Assembly (NCBI GenBank): GCA_965214605.1
Contig: OZ243961.1
Coordinates: 672,001-736,000, forward strand
Length of the DNA stretch: 64,000 bases
Origin: an uncultured Candidatus Binatia bacterium
GTDB taxonomy: Bacteria > Desulfobacterota > Binatia > Bin18
Reading direction: 5' to 3'
In this document: one piece after another, positions 1 to 10,246 of the stretch
How the letters are laid out: every line of letters begins with the position of its first letter
How positions within the stretch are numbered: position 1 is the first letter of the stretch
Program-made: the position numbers and the translations under genes
Notes under the pieces: model-generated
What the model was told of the DNA's origin: nothing
The model's database searches: none
Seen by the model: the letters and a program-made list of their open reading frames with translations, nothing else

Positions 1-317
1 GTCTGAAAATTGGTCAACATCCCACCCGGCCAGCGGTTGTTGACATAGTACATGCCACACCGCTCGGCCTCTTCCTGCACGACGTCTTGGGCCTGCTTTT
101 TCGTGCCAACAAACAGAATATAGCCGCCGTCGGCGACTAACTCTGAGATAAAACTCGTTACCTCCCGCAGCATGCCGACGGTCTGTTGTAAATCGATGAT
201 GTGAATCCCATTGCGAGCACCAAAAATATAGGGCTTCATCTTTGGATTCCAGCGGCTGGTCTGATGGCCAAAGTGGACCCCAGCCTCAAGCAGTTGCTTG
301 ATTGTGATATCGATCAT
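1..317 (-). CDS. rpsB: 30S ribosomal protein S2 (5' part; runs off window start)
   Basis: Manual reverse translation from ATG at 317: [43 protein letters not shown]...[11 protein letters not shown]...[14 protein letters not shown], canonical S2 motifs; not in the ORF track because it is truncated. Confidence 0.97.
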   Translation of the reverse strand, partial: MIDITIKQLLEAGVHFGHQTSRWNPKMKPYIFGARNGIHIIDLQQTVGMLREVTSFISELVADGGYILFVGTKKQAQDVVQEEAERCGMYYVNNRWPGGMLTNFQ

Positions 318-372
318 AAATCTTACCTTTCTCTACTGGTAGCGACCTACTCTCGTGCTCTGCGGTGCGAGA

Positions 373-401
373 GTTGTAGCAAATGGGGGGGGGATTTGCA
401 A
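373..401 (-). promoter_or_regulatory. Putative sigma70 promoter of rpsB (TTGCAA-17 nt-TACAAC)
   Basis: Minus strand reads TTGCAA atcccccccccatttgc TACAAC; the 17-nt spacer contains a 9-nt homopolymer. Confidence 0.55.
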
Positions 402-470
402 CGCGTTTGGTGAGCCTGTGAGGGCGGAAAATCGCTCGCTAGACAGGCCCCCTTAACACCGCGCGCAGGG

Positions 471-1799
471 CTACTGGTTCATCGATTCCAAGAATTCAAC
501 GTTATCCTTCGTGCCCTCCATCTTATCCATCAGAAATTCCATGGCCTCGACAGTATTGAGCTGAGAGAGCAGCTTGCGCAGAATCCAAATCCGGTTCAAC
601 ACCTCTTTGCTCAGCAGCAGTTCCTCTTTGCGGGTACCAGACCGATTGATATCGACCGCGGGAAAAATTCGCTTATCCATCAGGCGTCGGTCTAGGTGGA
701 TTTCCATATTCCCCGTGCCCTTAAATTCTTCAAAGATGACCTCATCCATACGGCTGCCGGTATCAATAAGAGCAGTGCCCAGAATGGTGAGGCTGCCGCC
801 GTCTTCGATGTTCCGAGCCGCGCCGAAAAATTTCTTGGGACCGCGCAGGGCGTTGGCATCCACTCCACCCGACAGCAGCTTGCCGCTCGGCGGAACGACT
901 GAGTTATATGCCCGGGCTAAACGGGTGATGCTATCTAGCAGGATCACAACGTCTTTGCCGTGCTCAACCAGACGCTTGGCCTTCTCAATCACCATCTCAG
1001 CGACCTGGACGTGGCGGGTGGCCGGCTCATCAAACGTAGAGCTGACGACCTCAGCGTGGACAGAGCGCTGCATATCGGTTACCTCTTCTGGCCGTTCATC
1101 GATCAACAGTACGATGAGGATGACTTCTTTTTGATTGTTGACAATGCCCTGGGCGATATTCTGCAGCATCATCGTCTTCCCGGTGCGCGGGGCGGCAACG
1201 ATTAAACCGCGTTGCCCTTTGCCAATCGGTGTCAGCAGATCAATAATCCGTCCGGTATAGGCTTCTGGGTCGTATTCGAGCCGCAGTGGCTCTTCGGGGT
1301 AGAGCGGCGTCAAATTATCAAACAGGATTTTTTCACGCGCCCGTTCCGGCTCCTCATAATTGATCACCTCAACCTTGAGCAGGGCAAAGTAGCGCTCACC
1401 CTCTTTGGGCGGACGAATCTGTCCGGAGACAACATCCCCGGTGCGCAAATTAAAACGCCGAATCTGACTCGGAGAGACATAGATATCATCAGGTCCGGGC
1501 AGATAGTTGTAATCCGGTGAACGCAAGAAGCCAAATCCGTCAGACAGAATTTCAAGTACTCCCTCACCGTAGATATAACCGCTCTGCTCAGCCTGAGCCT
1601 GCAGAATGGAGAAGATGAGGTCTTGCTTGCGTAAGCCCGACGTCCCGTCGACGTTGAACCCACGCGCAATTCTGGCGAGCTCGCTGATCTTCTTTTCCTT
1701 GAGCGTCTTCAGATTCAGCCCGCCATCCTCATCACCAACCTCGATGCGGAGATCACGGGGCTCTTCCACTTCTTGCTGCCGAGCGGCCGACCGAGCCAT
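471..1799 (-). CDS. rho: Transcription termination factor Rho
   Basis: [49 protein letters not shown] motifs; start moved to ATG 1799, which follows GGGAGG. Confidence 0.98.
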   Translation of the reverse strand: MARSAARQQEVEEPRDLRIEVGDEDGGLNLKTLKEKKISELARIARGFNVDGTSGLRKQDLIFSILQAQAEQSGYIYGEGVLEILSDGFGFLRSPDYNYLPGPDDIYVSPSQIRRFNLRTGDVVSGQIRPPKEGERYFALLKVEVINYEEPERAREKILFDNLTPLYPEEPLRLEYDPEAYTGRIIDLLTPIGKGQRGLIVAAPRTGKTMMLQNIAQGIVNNQKEVILIVLLIDERPEEVTDMQRSVHAEVVSSTFDEPATRHVQVAEMVIEKAKRLVEHGKDVVILLDSITRLARAYNSVVPPSGKLLSGGVDANALRGPKKFFGAARNIEDGGSLTILGTALIDTGSRMDEVIFEEFKGTGNMEIHLDRRLMDKRIFPAVDINRSGTRKEELLLSKEVLNRIWILRKLLSQLNTVEAMEFLMDKMEGTKDNVEFLESMNQ

Positions 1800-2032
1800 G
1801 AAATCCTCCCTTACTATGTACAGTTTACGACGTGTGAATTGTGTCAATCTGGGAAACTACCCTCCCCCTTAGCGGGCCGTGAGAGATCCGCCGGGCGGAC
1901 AGGAGCTGTGTGTGACATGCGGAAAAATTCTCAACCGGGTGGGATGAGGGAATCGGTGGGCAGAGTTTTTCTGCCTTGTGTATCTGGAATGTATAAGAGT
2001 AGCCTCTACCCTAGTTGATTTTCAGCGCTGTG

Positions 2033-3046
2033 TCAATTCAAACTGGCCTTGCGGGCGTGGGTGTCTGACACGCCTATCGCATGCAGCAAGGCCCGCATAT
2101 CCGGCGGATAGGGGGCGTGGATCGTCATCGTCCTGTCCCGCACTGGATGGTAAAATCGAATCGCTTCGGCGTGCAAAGCTTGGCGCGGAAAGGTCTGCGC
2201 AATCGCCGGCACTCCGCGGAGTCTGGAGTGAGCCGGACCATACACCTGGTCGCCGATGAGCGGATGACCAAGAGCCGCCATATGCACCCGCAGCTGGTGG
2301 GTTCGACCCGTTTCGGGAAACAAGTGGACAAAGGACAGCCCCTCTGCCTCGACCACGACCTGATAGTGGCTCAGCGCGGATCGGCTGTGGCGGGCGTGTA
2401 TAGACATCCTCTTCCGGTCGGTTGGATGGCGCCCAATCGGCAGCTCAACCCGCCCAGTTGGCGCCCGAAAATGTCCGACTGCAACGGCTCCGTAGGTTTT
2501 GTGGATTTGACGCGTCTGGAACTGCCAAGCGAGTCGCTTGGCACTGATTTCGTCCTTGGCCACCAACAAGACCCCCGAGGTGTCTTTGTCCAAACGATGG
2601 AGAATACCCGGACGGAGCGAAGAGCCAGAATCGGTCCAGCCCCAGCGGAACAACAGGGCGTTGACGACCGTTCCATGCCACTGTCCGGGCGCGGGGTGTA
2701 CGACCATAGCCGGAGGTTTGTTGATGGCCAGGATGACCTCATCCTCGTACAAGACGTCCAGATGAATAGCCTGTGGGGTCGCCTTGGTTGGCGCTGCGGG
2801 CAAGGGAGCAACACGTAGGCTGTCGTCCACCCGGACGCAATAGCCGGCCTTTTTTACCTCGCCGTTGACCACTACACGGGCCTGGTCAATCAACACCTTG
2901 GCCTGCGAACGGCTGGCATTGAGGACGCTGGCGACGACCCGGTCTAGACGCTGGCCGCCGTGCTCTGCCGAAACGACAAACCGGCGAGTTGACTCGGCGG
3001 TGCTGCCCTGTCCTTTGTGTTTTTGCAGTGATTCTTGTTCAGCCAT
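2033..3046 (-). CDS. rluD: RluA/RluD family 23S rRNA pseudouridine synthase
   Basis: N-terminal S4 domain (RLDRVVA), NKPPAMVVHP, HRLDKDTSG, TGRTHQLRVH, RQALHA. Confidence 0.9.
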   Translation of the reverse strand: MAEQESLQKHKGQGSTAESTRRFVVSAEHGGQRLDRVVASVLNASRSQAKVLIDQARVVVNGEVKKAGYCVRVDDSLRVAPLPAAPTKATPQAIHLDVLYEDEVILAINKPPAMVVHPAPGQWHGTVVNALLFRWGWTDSGSSLRPGILHRLDKDTSGVLLVAKDEISAKRLAWQFQTRQIHKTYGAVAVGHFRAPTGRVELPIGRHPTDRKRMSIHARHSRSALSHYQVVVEAEGLSFVHLFPETGRTHQLRVHMAALGHPLIGDQVYGPAHSRLRGVPAIAQTFPRQALHAEAIRFYHPVRDRTMTIHAPYPPDMRALLHAIGVSDTHARKASLN

Positions 3047-3064
3047 GCGCCCGCCGACAACTCC

Positions 3065-3988
3065 TCACTGGCTTAAGAGGGCACGCGCACGCTCGACATC
3101 CTCTTGAATTTGGTCGACCAGGTTTTGCACGGAGGGAAACTTTCGTTCTCCCCGCAGCCTGGCAACAAACCCGACTCGCAGCCGTTGGCCGTAGATATCC
3201 GCCGAAAAATCGAAAATATGGGCTTCAATCGTCCGTTTATTTTGGCCAAAAGTGGGATTGATCCCGACATTGGCCACACCAGCCAGTTGGGTCTGCCGTC
3301 CGAGATCAACCCGCACGGCATAGACGCCGTTGGGCAGCAGCATATCAGTCTGGGGCCGCAGATTTGCGGTCGGAAAACCAATCGTGCGCCCGCGCTGAAA
3401 GCCCTTTTGGACGCGGCCGCTGACGGTGTAAAGTCGATTCAAGAGTATAGTGGCCCTCTCCAGGTCTCCTCCACTTAGGAGCGACCGAATAGCAGAACTG
3501 CTCACCTCTCTATCCAGCATCCAGACTGGTCCGACAACCTCAACCTCAAAGCCGTAGCGCTGGCCCAACTGCTCAAGCGCCTCAGCGCTGCCAGTGCGCT
3601 CCCGACCAAAGCTAAAGTTATGGCCGATGATGATTTTTTCTGCGCCTATAGCCTGGACCAGATATTGGTGAACAAACTCCTCTGGACTGAGACGAGAAAA
3701 GGCGTGCGAAAAACGCTGTAGCACCACCCGGTGCACTCCCTGCTGGGCCAGGTGGTCTACTTTCTCCCGCAGACTCAGAATCAGCGATAGTGGTCTGTCA
3801 GGCTGTAGGACCAAAAGTGGGTGAGGATGAAAAGTGACGACAAGCGCCGTTCCCTGACGCCGTTCAGCCTCCTGGACAAGGCGCCGCAAAATCGTTTGGT
3901 GGCCAAGATGGACCCCGTCAAAGTTGCCTAAGCTGACGACCGGGTGGGACAGACGGGGATAATTCAGGATATGCCGGATGATCTCCAT
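3065..3988 (-). CDS. ribF: Bifunctional riboflavin kinase/FAD synthetase
   Basis: GNFDGVHLGHQ, SSSAIR, GRTIGFPTAN, GINPTF, RGERKF motifs. Confidence 0.97.
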   Translation of the reverse strand: MEIIRHILNYPRLSHPVVSLGNFDGVHLGHQTILRRLVQEAERRQGTALVVTFHPHPLLVLQPDRPLSLILSLREKVDHLAQQGVHRVVLQRFSHAFSRLSPEEFVHQYLVQAIGAEKIIIGHNFSFGRERTGSAEALEQLGQRYGFEVEVVGPVWMLDREVSSSAIRSLLSGGDLERATILLNRLYTVSGRVQKGFQRGRTIGFPTANLRPQTDMLLPNGVYAVRVDLGRQTQLAGVANVGINPTFGQNKRTIEAHIFDFSADIYGQRLRVGFVARLRGERKFPSVQNLVDQIQEDVERARALLSQ

Positions 3989-4022
3989 AGATGCTCGGTC
4001 AGACGGTTGCGAGAAGACGACC

Positions 4023-4799
4023 TTAGGGTTCCAGGAACTGGAGGAGAGACTCCGCTTTAGGGATGACCGCAGAGCCGGGATAGTCGTCTATCACCTTGCG
4101 CAGAATCAGGCGGGTAGACCGACGATCTCCAATTTCAAGGAAGGCTTCGGCTTGGCGAACAAACGCATCCGGCCGCCTATCGCCCTTCCCGTACTGTAAA
4201 ATAACGTCGTTCAGAGCCAGAATCGCTCGACTATAATCTTGTTGAATAAAATAAATCTCGCCAATCCAGTACAGGGCATCGTCGGCCATTTCCGAGGCGG
4301 GATAGGTGCGTTGAAAAGTTCGGAATTGCTGGAGCGCCCGCTCATAGTCTTCGTCCCGCAGCAGCTTAAGGGCCAGGGCGTACTCCTGCTGTTCACGGAG
4401 CATCTGGGGCGACGGTTCAACCTTATGGGCCGGAACGGGTTGAGTGAGGGGGTCAGACGGAAATTCCTGGTCAGATACTGGCGGGAGAGGATCGGCGGAC
4501 GCCTTATCCTGGCGAAGCGGCGGAGCGGGGCGCTGCTCCAATTTGGCAATACGCGCCTCTAAGTCCTGGACCTCCGGCACCGTACGCTCGCGGGCGACGC
4601 GCTCAAGACGGTGCCGGACTGTTTCGACTTCCCCCCTCAGCTCGGCCATCTCACGGCGTACATCGGCAAGCGAGGCTTCCACATTGGCAATGTCGGTCCG
4701 CAGAGCTTGGGTGCCCTGTTGAGTACGCTGCACCTCATGCTGTGTTGCGCAAGCGCCCAATAACGACAACAGCACGGCAGAAAATCTGAGCACGTTCAC
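4023..4799 (-). CDS. cpoB: Tol-Pal system protein CpoB/YbgF (coiled coil plus TPR), lipoprotein
   Basis: Lipobox LGAC, coiled-coil N-half, TPR C-half (ADDALYWIGE...YP); lies directly after pal. Confidence 0.88.
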   Translation of the reverse strand: MNVLRFSAVLLSLLGACATQHEVQRTQQGTQALRTDIANVEASLADVRREMAELRGEVETVRHRLERVARERTVPEVQDLEARIAKLEQRPAPPLRQDKASADPLPPVSDQEFPSDPLTQPVPAHKVEPSPQMLREQQEYALALKLLRDEDYERALQQFRTFQRTYPASEMADDALYWIGEIYFIQQDYSRAILALNDVILQYGKGDRRPDAFVRQAEAFLEIGDRRSTRLILRKVIDDYPGSAVIPKAESLLQFLEP

Positions 4800-4802
4800 A
4801 AG

Positions 4803-5372
4803 TCACCGGCTAAGAATGAGAAGGTGAGCCCGACGGTTTTGCTGCCAGCACCCCTCTGAGTCCTCAGGGCACAAGGGAAATTCCTCCCCATAGCTAATGG
4901 TCGATAGCCGCTCCGAGGCAATCCCTAGAGAGACAAGATAATCAGAGACGGACCGAGCCCGCTCCGCCCCAAGGGCAAGGTTGTATTCCACGGTGCCCCG
5001 ATTGTCACAGTGACCCTCAATTTCAACCTTTGCGGCGGGGTTGTTGAGGAGCCAGTCAGCATTCGCCTGCAGGATTGCTCGGGCGGCCGGTGAGAGGTCA
5101 AAAGCATCATAGCCAAAGGGAATGTCCTGCAAATCGCCACCGGTCTGGGAGCCTTCCAGAATAAGCTTTTCTGTCCGCACGCCGGGATCGGTCAGTGTGT
5201 CATCCTGGGATGCGCTTCCCCGGTCAAATCCAGGCGGCTGAGGGAAAGGCTCGGGGATATCCGGGGGGGGGGTGGGCAGTCGAGGGGACGGTTGGAGTGG
5301 ACAAGCGCTAAGAAACACCGAAACAAGCATGCTACAACCTACCCACCCACACCACCGAAAGAGGCTCTGCAT
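4803..5372 (-). CDS. pal: Peptidoglycan-associated lipoprotein Pal
   Basis: Lipobox LSAC; OmpA-C motifs IEGHCDNRGTVEYNLALGAERA, SYGEE, NRRA. Confidence 0.95.
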   Translation of the reverse strand: MQSLFRWCGWVGCSMLVSVFLSACPLQPSPRLPTPPPDIPEPFPQPPGFDRGSASQDDTLTDPGVRTEKLILEGSQTGGDLQDIPFGYDAFDLSPAARAILQANADWLLNNPAAKVEIEGHCDNRGTVEYNLALGAERARSVSDYLVSLGIASERLSTISYGEEFPLCPEDSEGCWQQNRRAHLLILSR

Positions 5373-5424
5373 CGTTTTGCTCAGTCCTTATCATTTATCG
5401 CCCAATGGCATTGATCTGGTCCAC

Positions 5425-6753
5425 TCATTGTAGACGGGCTGACCACGTTGGACTACTATCATCTCCCCCTCCCCTCGTCAATTGTTTGACGCTACGGCCA
5501 TCCTGGCTGGCCACCCACAGACGGCCCTCTGAACTAAACACCAAATAGCGCCCATCCGGTGACCAGGAGGGGTCCTCCCCGGCCACAACAGTCCTTGTTT
5601 GGCCAGAGTCGATATCAACGATTTTAATATCTACTTCGCGCGATTGGCTCGTATAGGCAATCCGTCCACCTTTGGGTGACCAGGTCGGCGAGGTATTGTA
5701 CGTGCCTGAAAAAGTCACCCGTTGGATCTCTCCCGAGGCGAGATCCAGGACATAAATTTGCGGCCCACCGCTCCGATTTGAACAAAAGGCTAGCCGACGC
5801 CCGTCCGGTGACCAGGCGGGCGAGACATCAATACCAGCATTGGTCGTCAGGCGACGGAGCAAACGTCCCTGGGGGGAGAGCAGGAAAAGATCAATATTAC
5901 CGCCCGTCTCTCCACTCACCGCAATCATCTGGCCGTCAGGCGACCACTGTCCGCTGTAGCCAACGGTTTTCGACAGCTGCCATTCCCTGCCGCTCTGCAG
6001 TTCAAACCGGAACGGATAGGGGCCGCCCCTCTTATAGGAAATATAAAACAGCTCGGTTGCTCCGGGACTCCAGTTCGGCCCTAGGATGAGAGTTTTTGCA
6101 TGGGTCGCCTGCTCGACCTTGCCGCCGGTTAAATCGGTGACATAGACCTCTTTGGCCCGCCCACCGGTCCGGTTGGAAACAAACGCGATCTTGGAGTTAA
6201 ACGGCCCTTCTTCGCCGGTTAAGAGCAACATCATGTGATCGGCAAAACGATGCGCCATACTGCGCAGATCTTCTCGCCGACCACGGTAGCGTTTGCCTCC
6301 CAGGAAGCGACGCTGGGCAACATCGAACAGGCGCGCTTCAACAGTCAAACGGTCTCCTTCAAGCCGCACTCCGCCCTTCATCAGGACTAGGGCGCCCAGC
6401 ACGGACCAGTGTTCAAAATCAATATCGGCCGCCATCATGCCCTCCGGCCCCTCAATGTATGCCGCGCGGTCAATAACACCGAATAGACCAGACAGGTCGA
6501 GGTCACGGGCGATGATATCGGAGAAGGTCAATCCCAGGCTCTGCTGATCGGAGCCTGGCGACTGATGGGCCAAGGGCGAGAGTGCAATGGGCAGCCCCGC
6601 CCTGCCCGGTTCGGGTACGGTGATTTCGATTTGAGCCCAAATCGGGCGGCACACTCCAAGCACGAGCACCAGGGTCAGGGCCCCGAAGCGACAGGGCCGC
6701 ATCAGCCGGAGTAGCCACGCACGCTGAATATTTCCTCGCCAGTTTCTCATCAC
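5425..6753 (-). CDS. tolB: Tol-Pal beta-propeller protein TolB
   Basis: TolB N-domain (DLDLSGLF...AHRFAD) and repeated PxWSPDG propeller blades; operon context; exact start uncertain. Confidence 0.93.
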   Translation of the reverse strand: MMRNWRGNIQRAWLLRLMRPCRFGALTLVLVLGVCRPIWAQIEITVPEPGRAGLPIALSPLAHQSPGSDQQSLGLTFSDIIARDLDLSGLFGVIDRAAYIEGPEGMMAADIDFEHWSVLGALVLMKGGVRLEGDRLTVEARLFDVAQRRFLGGKRYRGRREDLRSMAHRFADHMMLLLTGEEGPFNSKIAFVSNRTGGRAKEVYVTDLTGGKVEQATHAKTLILGPNWSPGATELFYISYKRGGPYPFRFELQSGREWQLSKTVGYSGQWSPDGQMIAVSGETGGNIDLFLLSPQGRLLRRLTTNAGIDVSPAWSPDGRRLAFCSNRSGGPQIYVLDLASGEIQRVTFSGTYNTSPTWSPKGGRIAYTSQSREVDIKIVDIDSGQTRTVVAGEDPSWSPDGRYLVFSSEGRLWVASQDGRSVKQLTRGGGDDSSPTWSARLQ

Positions 6754-6807
6754 AGTGCTCAGTTGGCTATCTACGTCTCGGCCTCCTCATGGTTCTTCAG
6801 ACACGAC

Positions 6808-7737
6808 TCATTCGCCAAAAGCGACTTGGACCTTCTGGGAAAGAAATTCGTGCAGATGGTTACGGGGAGGGGGGGGAAGCGGATTGGCATGGTGAACAGC
6901 GCGTAGAGCAGACTGATCAAAAGACGCGTTGCCGGACGAGCGGATCAACTCAATATTTATGATTCCGCCGTCAGGCTTGATGGCGAACTGGACCACAGCG
7001 GTTAAACCGGTCTGTTCATGGGTCACAATCCAACTATCCCTGACTCGTTGCTGAACCTGGGCGGTATACATCATAAAAGCCATCGCCCGGCGGCCATTTC
7101 CACCCCCAGAGCTACCACCAGACCTGTATCCGCCCGCCGGACGAGCGGGTGGTTTGGTCGGTTTCACGTTCTGGCGCACCCGGTCAAGAGCCTTGGCCAG
7201 GTGTCGCTCATTACGACGATCTTGATCAGACGTTGAGAGCTGCGGACGGGTCGTTTTGGCGACCGATTTTTTGGACGTTCGAAGCGGTTTGGCAGGCCGT
7301 TGCCTCGGTGGTTTTTTGGCCGTCTGTTTCGCTTGGCGCGACGTTTTTTTGGGCTTCTTGGTGGTGACTTTTTTCCGGGTCTTTGGTTTTTTGTCGCGCA
7401 GCTTCACCCGCTCTTTTTTGGGGACGGTTGGGGGGGGCTTTTTTGCCGCCGGCTTCGGCTGCTCGGCCGCGGCTTGCGCTTTGGGGAGCTTTTGGTTCTG
7501 GCCAGACGGTGCGGGGGGAGGCGCCGGCCGGCTGCCTCGGGACGGAACAAACGCAGACGGAGCAACCAGGGAAACAATATAGGGAGCAGGCGTCGCGGGC
7601 CGGGCCGGACTATGGACCCCAGCCATAACTAGACCGACAATAGCCCCAGCGTGCAGAGCGACGGACAGAATGAGCATACGACCGAAGCCCATGTTGGCTC
7701 TGTTGAACTGTTTTTTTTGTCGAAGCTGGTAAGCCAT
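6808..7737 (-). CDS. tolA: TolA/TonB-family energy transducer
   Basis: N-terminal TM with SxxLH, Lys/Pro-rich linker, C-terminal SSGNASFDQSALRAV; between tolR and tolB. Confidence 0.85.
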   Translation of the reverse strand: MAYQLRQKKQFNRANMGFGRMLILSVALHAGAIVGLVMAGVHSPARPATPAPYIVSLVAPSAFVPSRGSRPAPPPAPSGQNQKLPKAQAAAEQPKPAAKKPPPTVPKKERVKLRDKKPKTRKKVTTKKPKKTSRQAKQTAKKPPRQRPAKPLRTSKKSVAKTTRPQLSTSDQDRRNERHLAKALDRVRQNVKPTKPPARPAGGYRSGGSSGGGNGRRAMAFMMYTAQVQQRVRDSWIVTHEQTGLTAVVQFAIKPDGGIINIELIRSSGNASFDQSALRAVHHANPLPPPPRNHLHEFLSQKVQVAFGE

Positions 7738-7772
7738 AGCTAGCTGAGCGTATCGCTAGAGACAGAACGCGC

Positions 7773-8216
7773 TCACTTCCCTTTCGTCTTCCGGGACTGT
7801 TCTGCCCGCGCCGCGACCGGGGGTTCGGTCACCATACCCAACCTGACAACTCCGGCCTTCCGCACCGCGGCCATGATTTCCATAACAGTCCCGTACATAA
7901 CGTTTTTATCGGCGTGCAGATACACAGTCCGATCAGGACGGGTCTGGACGATGCTCGCCAGGGTCGTCTGTAACGCCTCTAACTCGAGCCGGGCCGCATT
8001 CAAATACACTCCTCCTTCGCGGTCGACGGACACCACCAGTTGATCCTCCTGGCTAGCCATCGGGCCAGCTTCCACCTGGGGCAACTCAACGCCGAGACCT
8101 TGCTGAAGTATCGGCGCGGTGACCATAAAGATGACCAGCAACACCAACATCACATCTACCAGAGGAGTCACATTAATCTGCGACAGACTGCTATCGCCTA
8201 GTTCATCAAACGCCAT
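7773..8216 (-). CDS. tolR: TolR/ExbD family protein
   Basis: INVTPLVDVMLVLLVIFMVTAP, ADKNVMYG. Confidence 0.93.
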   Translation of the reverse strand: MAFDELGDSSLSQINVTPLVDVMLVLLVIFMVTAPILQQGLGVELPQVEAGPMASQEDQLVVSVDREGGVYLNAARLELEALQTTLASIVQTRPDRTVYLHADKNVMYGTVMEIMAAVRKAGVVRLGMVTEPPVAARAEQSRKTKGK

Positions 8217-8261
8217 CGTCCGTCTCCTCGTTCCGCATGCGTAAAATCCAACCCCGCCGGG

Positions 8262-9002
8262 CTACAGAAAATGACGCTCGGCAATATTCAGAAACTCGGC
8301 CAAAAAATTCTCCATCCCCAAAGATGCCAGCCGAACCTGCCGACTCAAGTGATTATACGCCACTACCGACGGAATCGCTGCGGCCAGACCAATGGCCGTG
8401 GCAATCAGAGCCTCGGCAATGCCCGGCGCGACCGCCTGAATCGTTGAGCTGGTTGTCGTGCTCAGCCCTAGGAAGGCGTTCATAATCCCCCACACGGTTC
8501 CAAACAGACCAATGAAAGGGGCAGTGCTGGCGGTGGTAGCCAAAAAGGTCAGGCCACTCTCTAGTCGGGTCAGCTGTTCTCGGGCGGCCCGTCGCATCGC
8601 CCGCTCGACGTTCTCAACACCTCCCTCGTCAATGTCTTCAAATAAATTCGGCTTGTGGGCGGGGTCTTGGGACTGGTTGCGCGTACGGGTAATCCGCATC
8701 AGCTCTTGATAGCCAGCCCGGAAGATCTGGGCGGTCGAGCTGTCTTTCATCTCCAGGCTCGCGGTGTGGATGGAAGACAAATTTTTCGTCTCCCAAAACA
8801 CCACCGTAAACTGCTCAGACTCGCGTCGGGTTCTGCGCAGCTGGCGAAATTTGAAGAAGACAATTGCCCAACTGATAATGGAGAACAGTACCAATAAGTA
8901 TAACACGGACTGGACGACCGGGCCGGAGCCGGTGACCATTTCGAGTATATTTGGTTGAGAAAGTGTCTGCTGGGCGGCTGGACCCAAAAGCGAATCTTCC
9001 AT
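8262..9002 (-). CDS. tolQ: TolQ/ExbB proton channel
   Basis: LATTASTAPFIGLFGTVWGIM, VAPGIAEALIATAIGLAAAIP; start at ATG 9002 after GGAGG. Confidence 0.94.
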   Translation of the reverse strand: MEDSLLGPAAQQTLSQPNILEMVTGSGPVVQSVLYLLVLFSIISWAIVFFKFRQLRRTRRESEQFTVVFWETKNLSSIHTASLEMKDSSTAQIFRAGYQELMRITRTRNQSQDPAHKPNLFEDIDEGGVENVERAMRRAAREQLTRLESGLTFLATTASTAPFIGLFGTVWGIMNAFLGLSTTTSSTIQAVAPGIAEALIATAIGLAAAIPSVVAYNHLSRQVRLASLGMENFLAEFLNIAERHFL

Positions 9003-9233
9003 CCTAATTCCCCACCTCCCCCTCATCAGGGAGCTGTCCGGCTCCGCTCCACGGGCGGCTGTGGCTCTGGACGGCTCCTTCCCGCGATGTGTATTCTACC
9101 CCAGACGCCGCCCCCACGCTATTCCCCGCCACTCCCCCAGGGTATCTCCACAGCGCCTTCCCTTGACGGATTTTCCTGCTTAGGGAAAGATGGAGCAAGT
9201 AGGGGGGCAACTTTTTATCAGAGGTGAGAGGAT

Positions 9234-10241
9234 ATGGCTGTACGCATAGGATTAAATGGATTTGGACGGATCGGACGGAACTTATTGCGGGCCAGTCTCA
9301 ACGAGCCCGGGCTCGCATTTGTGGCTATCAACGACATTACTGACGCCGAGACACTGGCCCATTTATTGCGCTACGACTCGGTGCACGGTCGTCTTGACGC
9401 CGATGTTGAGACCGAACAAGACGCCCTGGTTGTCAACGGCAAGCGCATTCAGGTTAGCCAAGAACGTAATCCAGGCAACTTGCCCTGGAAGACGCTCGGG
9501 GTTGATGTGGCGCTTGAATGCACCGGGCTGTTTACCGACCGGGAAAAGGCCGCCCTGCATTTGTCCGCCGGAGCAAAAAAAGTGATTATTTCAGCTCCGG
9601 CCAAAGGGGCGGATTTAACCCTCTGTTACGGGGTCAATCATACCAGCTACGACCCGGCCTCGCACCATATCATTTCTAACGCGTCGTGCACCACGAATTG
9701 CCTCTCTCCGGTCGCTAAGGTTTTACACGAAACGTTTGGTGTCAAACGGGGACTGATGACGACCGTCCACGCTTACACCAACGACCAACGTATTCTTGAT
9801 CTACCCCACTCCGATATTCGGCGCGCGCGTGCGGCCGCCCAATCCATGATCCCAACCTCAACCGGAGCTGCCCGCGCGGTCGGTGAGGTTCTGCCCGAGC
9901 TCAAAGGCAAGCTTGACGGCATGGCCGTTCGGGTCCCAACCGCGAATGTGTCGGTTGTTGATCTCGTCGCTGAACTCGACAAGCCGGCCACTCCCGAAGA
10001 GGTCAATCAGGCCATGCAGAGGGCAGCTGAAGGGCCTCTCAAAGGGATCTTACAATACTGTCAAGAGGAACTGGTTTCGGTCGATTTTAACGGCAATCCA
10101 CACTCGTCGATTTTCGACGCCGCCCTGACCAAAGTGATGGACAACAATTTCGTCAAAATCTTATCCTGGTACGATAACGAGTGGGGCTTCTCTAACCGGA
10201 TGCGGGACGTCTCGCTCTACATTGGCAAAAGCCTGAGTTAA
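9234..10241 (+). CDS. gap: Type I glyceraldehyde-3-phosphate dehydrogenase
   Basis: NGFGRIGR, SNASCTTNCL, WYDNEWG. Confidence 0.98.
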   Translation: MAVRIGLNGFGRIGRNLLRASLNEPGLAFVAINDITDAETLAHLLRYDSVHGRLDADVETEQDALVVNGKRIQVSQERNPGNLPWKTLGVDVALECTGLFTDREKAALHLSAGAKKVIISAPAKGADLTLCYGVNHTSYDPASHHIISNASCTTNCLSPVAKVLHETFGVKRGLMTTVHAYTNDQRILDLPHSDIRRARAAAQSMIPTSTGAARAVGEVLPELKGKLDGMAVRVPTANVSVVDLVAELDKPATPEEVNQAMQRAAEGPLKGILQYCQEELVSVDFNGNPHSSIFDAALTKVMDNNFVKILSWYDNEWGFSNRMRDVSLYIGKSLS

Positions 10242-10246
10242 CACCT

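Noticed and set aside
5263-5272. G10 tract in pal (and G8 tracts in tolA at ~6869 and ~7430) as phase-variation switches
   Set aside because: They encode Pro-rich linkers in intact, normally essential envelope genes; codon content explains them.
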